DNA of 64,000 bases, taken from positions 137,479 through 201,478 of the forward strand of contig CAVXAT010000002.1 of NCBI GenBank assembly GCA_963759805.1, in the 5' to 3' direction. The translations under genes and the position numbers were made by a program. This stretch comes from an uncultured bacterium. Lineage in GTDB: Bacteria; Babelota; Babeliae; Babelales; RVW-14. The notes beneath the pieces were generated by a model, which worked only from the letters and a program-made list of their open reading frames with translations, was not told the DNA's origin and ran no database searches. Positions 9,505 through 18,339 of this stretch are shown here, one piece after another (position 1 is the first letter of the stretch; every line of letters begins with the position of its first letter).

Positions 9505-10604
9505 AAATTCTGGAGCACAACACTTACCATCTGGGGCACATCAAAACCCTTACCATTAAATACTTCTAGTGAGTATCGAGTTATCGAGCCATCTTGAAAA
9601 CACTGTTCAAGCTCAGGGTCAATACCAAATCTTTCTTTCAGATAACGCTGTTCAATAGGAGTAAAGGCATACCATGCTAAAATCAACTGAATCTGATCGG
9701 CCTCTCTATTTAAGTGGGGCTCATTTACAATTTTATAAAATTCATTCATTCGATTGTGTTTTTTAAGATATTGAAGAACTAAAAATAATAGAATTTGATT
9801 AAAATCTGCAACTTCACGCCATATCGTTAAAGGAGTACCGTCTCGCCAACTGACCAAATATTCGCCATCAGGACTCCATGCTCCCGATATCCCCTGATGT
9901 TTATTCCAGCCATTTGATCTTACTTTGTATAGATCAAATAATGTGCTGTGAAGAGTTTTCCACTCATGACTAAATGATACCCAAATCGAATCTTTATACG
10001 ATGCAAGCGTTCTGAATTCTCCTGTTTCTACATTCCATTCTCTTGCCGTTCCATCATATAATACCCCTGCAATACATTTACCATCAGGACTCCATGCTAC
10101 TGACTTAACCCCACAACCATGCACTGTAAACACTCTGCATTCTCTTGATGCTACATGCCATATGCTTACTATTCCATCAAATGAGGGAATTTTAAATGAT
10201 GCACTGGCAATATATTTACCATCAGGACTCCATGCTACTGATGACGTCCACGTTGCAACCTCTACAGCCAAGATTTTGTGTTGCACAAAGAAATCGGGTA
10301 ATAAGCTCGCTGCCAAACCTTTTGGCGCTTCAGGATCTTCACAATACTTTTCAAAAAAATTTAATTTTTCAAAAAAGTTTAACGTTTCGACATCCCCTGA
10401 AATCAATTTTTCTATAAAAGCGTCTGTTTTCACAATACTCGCGATTCGCGCAGCGCAACTTTCCTGCAAAGTCAACATTCCAAATAAAATTGTTTTTTGA
10501 AAGCAAGCGATCAGGAATAAAATTAAAAATAATTTTGTTGTTTTTACTAAATTGTTCATAAATAATCCCAAAGCTAAGTAAAAGTTAAGTAATAGAATAA
10601 ACAT
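9501..10604 (-). CDS. Secreted WD40-repeat protein
   Basis: Repeated AWSPDGKYIAS / VAWSPDGKCIAG / AWSPDGEYLVS..W motifs. Signal-like N-terminus; the likely real start is MNNLVKTTKLF at 10559. ATGA overlap with the downstream paralog. Confidence 0.75.
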   Translation of the reverse strand: MFILLLNFYLALGLFMNNLVKTTKLFLILFLIACFQKTILFGMLTLQESCAARIASIVKTDAFIEKLISGDVETLNFFEKLNFFEKYCEDPEAPKGLAASLLPDFFVQHKILAVEVATWTSSVAWSPDGKYIASASFKIPSFDGIVSIWHVASRECRVFTVHGCGVKSVAWSPDGKCIAGVLYDGTAREWNVETGEFRTLASYKDSIWVSFSHEWKTLHSTLFDLYKVRSNGWNKHQGISGAWSPDGEYLVSWRDGTPLTIWREVADFNQILLFLVLQYLKKHNRMNEFYKIVNEPHLNREADQIQLILAWYAFTPIEQRYLKERFGIDPELEQCFQDGSITRYSLEVFNGKGFDVPQMVSVVLQNL

Positions 10605-10706
10605 AATACAACTAAGTTGGGAGAGTTTAGCAACAAAAACGAAAAAGTAAAATTTAGATTATGTTTTTATATTTTAAATTGATAGCTTTAAAATTACGCT
10701 CTATTT

Positions 10707-11852
10707 TTATCTTCCAAGCACCTCTTGCCATGTAGGCAAAACCATATCATCAATCATTATCTCATTGATCATGCGCAGCGGCAACTCCGACAATGATTGT
10801 GCCGGGGAGTTCTCGCCTAGGCGCGGATGTTGGACGAGGGCTAGCGTTAACATTTGACGTTTTTGAAGTTTTCTTTCTTGCGTAATTCTTTGTGCAGGCA
10901 AATTTGTCCATATTACTACTCTAACCTCAGATCCATTAAATCCATTCTGTGTAACAATCATGGCCGCTATTTGCATCCCATCTGGGCTAAATGCTATTTT
11001 GAATACGTAACCATCTCCATATTTAAATGTATGAATGCAAGTCTTACTCTGCATATCCCACAACTCAATTTTTCCATCATTGTCTCTATTCTCACATGCG
11101 ATAGCAAAAAGACTTCCATCCGAACTGAATGCTACTGCATTTGATGTTGCATAACAATGTCCCACCACGGGCCATAATTCAAACAGTGGAATACATGTGT
11201 CTTTACCCAAATCCAATAAACCAAGACCTTTTAAAAGGCGCGACTCACCTAAAAGGCACGGCCCACAATAAACCAAAATATTATCATACAAATTGAATGC
11301 TAACGCATCTACAGAACCACTGCATTTAATCGTATGTATACGTTCCATAGTCGTCAAATTCCATACACTAACTTCTCCAGAATCATCTCCGGAGGCCAAA
11401 ATGTTACCGTCTGAGTTGAATGCTAACGCTTCTACACAGCCACTAACTTCAAATTTATGTATATTCTTGCCCAACTTCAGATTCCATAATGCAACTTCAC
11501 GCTGACCTCCAGAGGCCAAAATGTTACCATTGGGACTGATTGCCAATGCCCATGCTAAACAATCAATTTCAAGATCACGAGTGCAAATCCTAGACTGCAT
11601 ATTCCAAAATTTGAAATGATCATACCGTTGCCCCCATTTCCATTTAAACTCATGAACCAAAAATTCTCCCCCATGACTGGTTGCCAACGCAGTCAAAGGC
11701 GCACCGCCTTTGTAGCAACCTATATTAACTAAAGTCTCATCTATTACACTCTCATCTATGCCTGGTGCTGCAGCCGCCGCCGACAAATTAGCTGCATAAA
11801 ATAAAACATGTGCAAACAGTATTGTTTTAATGCAATTTTTGATATTCTCCAC
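10707..11852 (-). CDS. Secreted WD40-repeat protein with GC-rich C-terminal tail
   Basis: Signal peptide (..ANLSAAAAAPG). Repeats ISPNGNILASGG..VALWNL, FNSDGNILASGD..VSVWNL, FSSDGSLFAIA..IELWDM, FSPDGMQIAA. The tail LALVQHPRLGENSPAQSLSELPLRMINEI is encoded by unusually GC-rich DNA. Confidence 0.8.
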   Translation of the reverse strand: MENIKNCIKTILFAHVLFYAANLSAAAAAPGIDESVIDETLVNIGCYKGGAPLTALATSHGGEFLVHEFKWKWGQRYDHFKFWNMQSRICTRDLEIDCLAWALAISPNGNILASGGQREVALWNLKLGKNIHKFEVSGCVEALAFNSDGNILASGDDSGEVSVWNLTTMERIHTIKCSGSVDALAFNLYDNILVYCGPCLLGESRLLKGLGLLDLGKDTCIPLFELWPVVGHCYATSNAVAFSSDGSLFAIACENRDNDGKIELWDMQSKTCIHTFKYGDGYVFKIAFSPDGMQIAAMIVTQNGFNGSEVRVVIWTNLPAQRITQERKLQKRQMLTLALVQHPRLGENSPAQSLSELPLRMINEIMIDDMVLPTWQEVLGR

Positions 11853-12672
11853 TGCCTTGCCCCTTCTTCCAAATGGTTATATTTCCATCAGAACATCCGG
11901 CCGCTACTTGCATACCATCTTGATTTAACGCCACTGCAGTTACCCACCTAGAACCACATTTGAACACATTTATGCATGCCCTTGCCTTCAGATCCCATAA
12001 CTCAACTTTTCCTAATTGATCTACAAAAGCCAAAAAGTTACCATCTGAGGTGAACGCTGCTGCTTGATCGGAAGGGTATACTGTTTGACTCACTTCCAAC
12101 ACAGAATTACATGTATTTGCCTTCAAATCTAACAGCTTAACAGCTCGGGCACTCACACAAAAAGCTAAAATGTTGCCATCTGGGTTGAACGCTAATGCGC
12201 ATACCCAATCTTTACACTCAAACTTATGAATAAGTGTGTCTGTATTCAGATTCCATACCTCAACATTTCCGCCTTCCCCAATGGCCAAAGTTTTACCATC
12301 CGGACTGAAAGCTACTGAGAATACATAATTTTTGCAGGGAAAAGTAAATATATTTTTTTTCTCGTTTAAATCGACCAAATCAACCTTGCCATTAGATCCC
12401 ACAGCCAAACCGCCACCTCCCGGACTAAATGCTAGCGCACGTGCAGAACCAACATATCCAAAATCACAAAAACGTCCATCCGACAAAAATTTCCATAATA
12501 GAGCATTCTCATCATGGGCAAAAGCCAAATCTTTCTCATTCGGACTAAAGGCTAATGCATGGACTGTCGCCTCCCCATACACCGGATCAGCGCAGGCAGC
12601 ATTGAGATTAGCAGGCCCAAACAGAACAAATAAAAACAACCCAGTTTTAATAAAGTTTTTGATACTCTTCAT
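11827..12672 (-). CDS. Secreted WD40-repeat protein
   Basis: Signal peptide (..ANLNAACA). Repeats FSPNEKDLAFA, FSPGGGGLAVG, FSPDGKTLAIG..VEVWNL, FNPDGNILAF, FTSDGNFLAF..VELWDL, LNQDGMQVAAG..ITIW. 26-nt overlap with the next WD40 gene. Confidence 0.8.
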   Translation of the reverse strand: MKSIKNFIKTGLFLFVLFGPANLNAACADPVYGEATVHALAFSPNEKDLAFAHDENALLWKFLSDGRFCDFGYVGSARALAFSPGGGGLAVGSNGKVDLVDLNEKKNIFTFPCKNYVFSVAFSPDGKTLAIGEGGNVEVWNLNTDTLIHKFECKDWVCALAFNPDGNILAFCVSARAVKLLDLKANTCNSVLEVSQTVYPSDQAAAFTSDGNFLAFVDQLGKVELWDLKARACINVFKCGSRWVTAVALNQDGMQVAAGCSDGNITIWKKGQGSGEYQKLH

Positions 12673-12781
12673 AGATACATCTCCTTATTTTTTCACTAAA
12701 CATTATTTTGATATAAAGCGTATCAAAATATATCGAATTTAATATTAAAAAAGAGAAAGTTTTTTGCAAAATTCACAGTCA

Positions 12782-12900
12782 GGGAGGCTGTTGTCATCCG
12801 CCGTCGCCAAAGCTTGGCTGTAGCGAGATTTCAGCCTGCCCGTCGAAGTATTAACTACATACCAAATTTTTTTGAACGAATAAAGCGAGGTCGGGCGTAA
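12782..12900. repeat. Intergenic copy of the GC-rich palindromic repeat family
   Basis: GC-rich island in an AT-rich spacer. GGGAGGCTG (12782-12790) pairs with CAGCCTGCCC (12833-12842). GCCTGCCCGTCGAAG (12834-12848) matches uvrC 4269-4283 at 14 of 15 positions. GCGAGGTCGGGCG resembles GCGAGGCGTATCG in the gnd insert. Confidence 0.5.
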
Positions 12901-12909
12901 TATCACGCT

Positions 12910-14571
12910 TCAAATCATGATCTTGCCACTATCCGCCGATTCATAGATCAACATTCGTTCTGCTACTCTTTGGAAGAGTGGGGCTGCAACTTCAGATGCC
13001 CACAAATGAGTTTTTTGCGGGCGATTTATAAACGTAACTATAACACGCTTGTAATCACCCTTTTCTAAAATTCCGACAAAAGTATAAATGTGCTCTTTAT
13101 CCGAATATCCACCAGGTATAGCACAGCGAGCTGTCCCCGTTTTACCAAAAACAGTGCATCCACGCACCGGATGAAGGTTTCCAATTCCCAGTAAAATTTC
13201 ACGCATTTGAGACAGAATTTTATCATCATAAAGTTTAATTTTATCAGGATGACAAACTGCCCCCTTTTTTATTTTTGGATCAATAATAAGAGTTGGATTT
13301 ACCAGATATCCGCCGTTTGAAAAAATACAGAATGCACGTCCAAGTTGAAGCAATGATGCCATAATCTCATAACCAAATGACATAACTTTTGCAGAATGCT
13401 TACTCCAATTGTTTGGAGGGTTAACAAAGCCATCGCGCTCACCGGGAAACTCAATGCCGGTTTTAGCCCCAAAACCAACCCGTTTTAAATGATCATAATA
13501 TTTGGGACCAATTCGCCCTACAACTTTTGCAGTTCCAACATTGCTTGAAAGTCTGATTACATCTGCAAAGCTCAAAATGCCAAGACTCTTCCAATTTTCT
13601 ACCTTAAAACCATCAACGTAAGTAATCTTACCCTCGCAATCAAACTCTTCATCAAGCGTGACTACCCCTTCAGCAATGGCGGCCAGTGCCAAAAATGCTT
13701 TCATAACAGAACCCAACTCGAAACATTCGGATACAATAAAATTTTTGGTTATATCAAGCTTTTGAATATTTTTCTGATTTGGATCAAACGATGGATAATT
13801 AGTCATGGCAATAATCTGTCCGGTATCAGGATCCAGAACCAAAACAGACCCGGATACAGCTTGATAATTCTGAACAGCACTTTCCAGCTCTTCAAATGCA
13901 AGATTTTGAATATTTTTGTCAATTGTCAGTTTTACAGGTTTGCCAGAATATCCCTCTTGTTCAATTAATTTTTCAAAATAAAAATTTTTTGATCGTGCAT
14001 CCTTTTGGATACTCATACGCATCGGCTTACCACCAAGCCATTTTTCAAGCTCAAGCTCAATTCCGGATATCCCCCGACCATCAATATCAGTAAATCCAAT
14101 TAGGTGCGCCAAAGAGGGAGAAAAATAAAAACGACGAGGTTCATCAATAAATTGAATGTCATCTGTTCCATTTTTTTTCAACTTTGTAACCTGATCATCG
14201 GTAAGAATTCGATCAAGCCAGAGAAAATGCTTATCCGGTCGTGCTTTCATCTTTTTGTAAACAGTAGGATAAAAACGTTTTAAAAACCGCTCTGTCTTTT
14301 TCTGCTCATTAAATTGGTGGGGCAAAATGAAAGCCGATGTAACCTCTCTATTAAATGCAAGCAACTCCTGCCCACTCCTATCAAAAATTTCACCTCGAGG
14401 AAGGTTAACTTTTACTGAAAAGTTGTACTGTTGAGAGGCAAGATCTCTGAAAAAATTTTTCTGATAAATTTGCAACAAAAAAAGTCTCATTAAGATAAGA
14501 ATATAAAGAGCTCCAAATAAAATCAGGACAACACCAAGCCGAATTCTGTAATCTTTTTGATTTTTTACCAT
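12910..14571 (-). CDS. ftsI: Peptidoglycan D,D-transpeptidase (class B PBP, FtsI/PBP2-like)
   Basis: N-terminal TM. SxxK (GSVMKAF), SxN (LSSNVG) and KTG (GKTGTA) motifs in the correct order. Sits directly downstream of an ftsL-like gene. Confidence 0.85.
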   Translation of the reverse strand: MVKNQKDYRIRLGVVLILFGALYILILMRLFLLQIYQKNFFRDLASQQYNFSVKVNLPRGEIFDRSGQELLAFNREVTSAFILPHQFNEQKKTERFLKRFYPTVYKKMKARPDKHFLWLDRILTDDQVTKLKKNGTDDIQFIDEPRRFYFSPSLAHLIGFTDIDGRGISGIELELEKWLGGKPMRMSIQKDARSKNFYFEKLIEQEGYSGKPVKLTIDKNIQNLAFEELESAVQNYQAVSGSVLVLDPDTGQIIAMTNYPSFDPNQKNIQKLDITKNFIVSECFELGSVMKAFLALAAIAEGVVTLDEEFDCEGKITYVDGFKVENWKSLGILSFADVIRLSSNVGTAKVVGRIGPKYYDHLKRVGFGAKTGIEFPGERDGFVNPPNNWSKHSAKVMSFGYEIMASLLQLGRAFCIFSNGGYLVNPTLIIDPKIKKGAVCHPDKIKLYDDKILSQMREILLGIGNLHPVRGCTVFGKTGTARCAIPGGYSDKEHIYTFVGILEKGDYKRVIVTFINRPQKTHLWASEVAAPLFQRVAERMLIYESADSGKIMI

Positions 14572-14585
14572 ATCTTATCCCTGAT

Positions 14586-14858
14586 TTAAAAACCGGTAAA
14601 AGTAATGACTTGGGCAAACTTTAGTCTTTCCATTCCCCATTTCTCTTGTGCAATTTTTTTTATCTGCCCGGTGCATTTTAAGCCGCATAATTCAATACCC
14701 AAGTTGCTACAACTCTTCTTTAAATCATTTTTTTTCAGTTCTAACCGCTGTTTCTCGTAATTTAATTTTATTATCTGGTTGTGCTGATAAATTTTTATAA
14801 ATATCAAACACAAAATAAATACGCCAACAATACGTCCCAATCGCAAGTTTGTCATCAT
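14586..14858 (-). CDS. ftsL: Cell division protein FtsL-like
   Basis: 90 aa with a single N-terminal TM then a coiled coil (LNYEKQRLELKKNDLKK). C-terminal ..IAQEKWGMERLKFAQV.. is typical of FtsL. Sits immediately upstream of ftsI. Confidence 0.55.
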   Translation of the reverse strand: MMTNLRLGRIVGVFILCLIFIKIYQHNQIIKLNYEKQRLELKKNDLKKSCSNLGIELCGLKCTGQIKKIAQEKWGMERLKFAQVITFTGF

Positions 14859-15034
14859 TTTAAAATTTCCACTAAACTTTTTAATAAAACCTGATATAAT
14901 ACCATACTGCTTTAATTAAATAGTATCTGTACGAAATTGATTTTTCTAGATATTATACAATCAGAGTTGTTTTTATTTATTTTATTAACATTATTAATAC
15001 TATTTTATTTCTCTTTTTTGAAAGGACTTTTTTT

Positions 15035-15505
15035 ATGATGAAACATTCATCATGGTTGCTGGGTTTGTTGACATTGGTAGTTTTCACGGGTTGTGATTGG
15101 TGCAAAAAATGCAAAGAGGGCGAAGCACCTAAAACAGAACAAACCGCAACAGAAGCTGCTGCTCCAACCGTTGTAATTTCAATTGAGAACAAAGAACAGT
15201 TCGAAAATGAAGTTCTCAAGTCTGACAAGCTCGTAGTTGTTGATTTCTACGCAGATTTCTGCAGCGTATGCAAAGATATGAAACCGGTATTTGAAGAAGT
15301 TGCAAACAGCATGAAGGATAAATGCAAATTTGTAGCAATCTGCAAAGAAAAGGCAGAAGACGTATTTGCAGCACAAAAGAGCCTTCAAGGCGTTCCAACA
15401 ATTATAATCTTCAAAAAAGGCGAAGAACAGGACAGAATTGCAGGGGCAATTTCTAAGGAAGATCTTTCTAAGAAGATTGAAGAAGCACTCGAAGAGCATG
15501 AATAA
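15035..15505 (+). CDS. Thioredoxin-family lipoprotein
   Basis: Lipobox LVVFTGC. Thioredoxin fold with a CxxC site (VVDFYADFCSVCKDMKP) and a cis-Pro region (GVPTIIIFKKG). Confidence 0.75.
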   Translation: MMKHSSWLLGLLTLVVFTGCDWCKKCKEGEAPKTEQTATEAAAPTVVISIENKEQFENEVLKSDKLVVVDFYADFCSVCKDMKPVFEEVANSMKDKCKFVAICKEKAEDVFAAQKSLQGVPTIIIFKKGEEQDRIAGAISKEDLSKKIEEALEEHE

Positions 15506-15520
15506 GCTCTAAAAGTTATT

Positions 15521-15547
15521 GAGCCCGCTGAAAAGCGGGCTCTTTTG
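15521..15547 (+). terminator. Rho-independent terminator after the thioredoxin gene
   Basis: GAGCCCGC (15521-15528), loop TGAAAA, GCGGGCTC (15535-15542), followed by TTTTG. Confidence 0.75.
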
Positions 15548-15619
15548 TTATTTTTAAAGGAAGTTTATTAATTGATAGATCCTGAATCAAGTTCAGGATG
15601 ACAAAAAGCAACACCAATC

Positions 15620-16975
15620 ATGCCAAAAATAAAATTAACTAACACCTTAACTCGAGAAGAAGAGTTTTTTACCCCACAAGAGCCCAATCATGTGAAAATA
15701 TATGTCTGCGGCATAACTCCGTATGATTATTCACATCTTGGCCATGGAAGGTGTTATGTTAATTTTGATGTTTTAGTGAGACTATTCAAATTTCTTGGGT
15801 ATAAAGTAAATTATGTCCGTAACTTCACAGATATTGATGACAAAATTTTAAAAAAAGCTGAGGAACAGGGCGACATAAATCTTTATCCCAAAATTGTTAA
15901 AAAATTTATCGAAGCATATCACCTAGATATGAAAGCGTTGGGTAATATCAAACCTGACCACGAGCCACGCGTCACCCAGTATATTCCCCAGATAATAAAG
16001 TTTATTGAGGGTTTAATAAAAAATGGCAAGGCATATGTCATTGATTCCGATGTTTACTTTGATATCGCTACATTCCCAGAGTATGGCAAACTCTCAGGCA
16101 GAGAGCTGGATGAGCAAAAATCCGGTGCACGAGTAGAAGTTGACCTACGTAAACATAATCCTGAAGACTTTGCTTTATGGAAAGGCAATGAAGAAGGTGC
16201 GTTCTGGAGATCTCCCTGGGGATTTGGACGCCCGGGTTGGCATATTGAATGCTCGGTCATGGCACAAGAGTTACTCGGACAAACTATTGATATACACGGT
16301 GGAGGCATAGATTTAATTTTCCCACATCATGAAAATGAGATAGCCCAGTCCGAAGGACTGCACGGGGTAGTTTTTGCAAGATATTGGTTACACAATGCAT
16401 TTGTAACAATAAATGAAGAGAAAATGTCCAAGTCGCTGGGTAACTTTGTAACTCTAAAAGACATTTTTAAACAATTCGATCCAATGGTTCTAAGATACTT
16501 TTTCTTGCAACACAACTACCGAACGCCAATCGACTTTTCTGATGAAGAATTAAAGGCCAGCCAAGTTGCATACAAAAAATTAGTGACTTATTTTGGCAAA
16601 ACTTTGGGCCAAGAAAATACGCAAGTTATAAGCCCTACCGTCATTCTAAAAAATCCATTGGCAGAAAAAATTGTTCAAGCCATATGCGACGATCTTAATA
16701 CCCCCAAAGCCTTGGGGTTAATATTCGAAAATTTCGCCCAGATTAAAGAAGATGAGCAAACATGCCTGGCTATCAAATTGTTAATACAGCAGGTTTTAGG
16801 CTTAACGCTTGATCAGATACACGAAGATGTTGTTACGTTAACGCCCGAAATTCAAGACTTAATTGATCAACGGGAGCAGGCACGCAAAGACAAAAATTGG
16901 GCGCTTGCTGACAAAATTCGCGATCAATTAAAAAATCTTGGGTATGACACCAAAGACAAAAAGCTTGGCTCATAA
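15620..16975 (+). CDS. cysS: Cysteine--tRNA ligase
   Basis: CGITPYDYSHLGHGRCY (HIGH-type), KMSKSLGN (KMSKS), and WHIECS zinc/cysteine-binding region. 451 aa. Confidence 0.95.
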   Translation: MPKIKLTNTLTREEEFFTPQEPNHVKIYVCGITPYDYSHLGHGRCYVNFDVLVRLFKFLGYKVNYVRNFTDIDDKILKKAEEQGDINLYPKIVKKFIEAYHLDMKALGNIKPDHEPRVTQYIPQIIKFIEGLIKNGKAYVIDSDVYFDIATFPEYGKLSGRELDEQKSGARVEVDLRKHNPEDFALWKGNEEGAFWRSPWGFGRPGWHIECSVMAQELLGQTIDIHGGGIDLIFPHHENEIAQSEGLHGVVFARYWLHNAFVTINEEKMSKSLGNFVTLKDIFKQFDPMVLRYFFLQHNYRTPIDFSDEELKASQVAYKKLVTYFGKTLGQENTQVISPTVILKNPLAEKIVQAICDDLNTPKALGLIFENFAQIKEDEQTCLAIKLLIQQVLGLTLDQIHEDVVTLTPEIQDLIDQREQARKDKNWALADKIRDQLKNLGYDTKDKKLGS

Positions 16976-17015
16976 AACAATTTAACCCACAAAGTTCTAT
17001 TTTTTAGGAAACACC

Positions 17016-18230
17016 ATGAAACTCACACAATATTTTTTAATCATTTTAATTTCAATCGTATCAATTTGGAATTTAAATGCAGAAATTCCATGTACACACA
17101 CGACTCTAAAGGTAGACCCTCTACATGGAATTTCAATTTCAAGAGATTGTCGTTTTGTTGTAGGAATTACGCTTGCAAATCAATATCTACATCAGGATGG
17201 ATTTGCACGTTGTAGTGAATGTTTAAATTTTTGGGATCTATACTCAGGAAATAAACCAATAATAAATTTAGGAGTCACATTTGATATCCTTTTCCCTCAA
17301 ATGATAACAAGCTCAAGCATATCTGATGTATTTGATGATGGCACCATCTTAATTTCTACGCAAACCAGACGTCATACAAGTTCGATTTTAGAATTTAATT
17401 CTAATGTAAAAGTAATTAGATACAATTTAAATACCAAAGAATTAAATTCCAATTTTTATGAGTATCAAAATGAAGATGATATTTTGGAGGTATTTATTCA
17501 AAACTATATTTTATATATAATCACAACCAACGGATACCTGCGTCAAATTGATTTAATAACTCATAATGAAGAAGATGTAACAAATTTATTCGAAAATCTT
17601 CCAGATGCAATTATATATAAAGTTAAAGTTTGCAAAGAAGAAAATTTAATTATTATTGCAAATAAGTATAAAGATACATCTAAGCGACATACAGTAAGTT
17701 ATTGGCATAATAATAACCTTATAAATCGTACAAATATACCTTCGGAATACAAATTTGATGGAATGTTTTCCGACGGGTCTTTCCTTTTAAGACGCCAATC
17801 TGATCATGGCGCTGGAATTTACAATATTAACTCAAAAAAATTTCCTATAATTTCATACTCCCCTAATATCGAAATTTTGGGTTGTGATGTCATAAATGAC
17901 GACGTTGGATATATTGCTTATAAGGAAAGATTGGCAACTTTTTTAAAACTAATTTGCAATCAAACCAAAGAAAATGTAATTTTTGAAATGCCAATTTTTC
18001 ATACATTTTTAAGTGCACGCATCTCTGCTGACAATAAAATTTTAAAAATATTTTTACTTGAACAGGGTCATTTTAAAACAATTATGCTAGAAATTTGCTT
18101 ATTCAATCCGTTTAATCATGTAATTAATCAAACAATACGAAAAAATGACAAGTCTGTGGAAATGTTAACAGGAGATTATCAAATAACTAATGGTCCAACT
18201 GATACATTTAAAATAAACAAAGTACCATAA
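17016..18230 (+). CDS. Hypothetical secreted protein
   Basis: Long ORF with a signal peptide (LIILISIVSIWNLNA-E). No motif I can place. Asn/Ile-rich, possibly beta-rich. Confidence 0.5.
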   Translation: MKLTQYFLIILISIVSIWNLNAEIPCTHTTLKVDPLHGISISRDCRFVVGITLANQYLHQDGFARCSECLNFWDLYSGNKPIINLGVTFDILFPQMITSSSISDVFDDGTILISTQTRRHTSSILEFNSNVKVIRYNLNTKELNSNFYEYQNEDDILEVFIQNYILYIITTNGYLRQIDLITHNEEDVTNLFENLPDAIIYKVKVCKEENLIIIANKYKDTSKRHTVSYWHNNNLINRTNIPSEYKFDGMFSDGSFLLRRQSDHGAGIYNINSKKFPIISYSPNIEILGCDVINDDVGYIAYKERLATFLKLICNQTKENVIFEMPIFHTFLSARISADNKILKIFLLEQGHFKTIMLEICLFNPFNHVINQTIRKNDKSVEMLTGDYQITNGPTDTFKINKVP

Positions 18231-18339
18231 AGAACCAGTCAAATGCCTGTACAACAGGATTTTTAGATACAAAACTCAAAATTGTTGTGTGCAAAATGTT
18301 GTATACATACAATAATCTTTAACAAAAAAAGGATTATTT

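Noticed and set aside
15579-15599. Hairpin ATCCTGAA-TCAAG-TTCAGGAT 20 nt upstream of cysS; considered as T-box or attenuator
   Set aside because: The 5' region is only about 110 nt, far too short for a T-box leader. No specifier or antiterminator features are seen.
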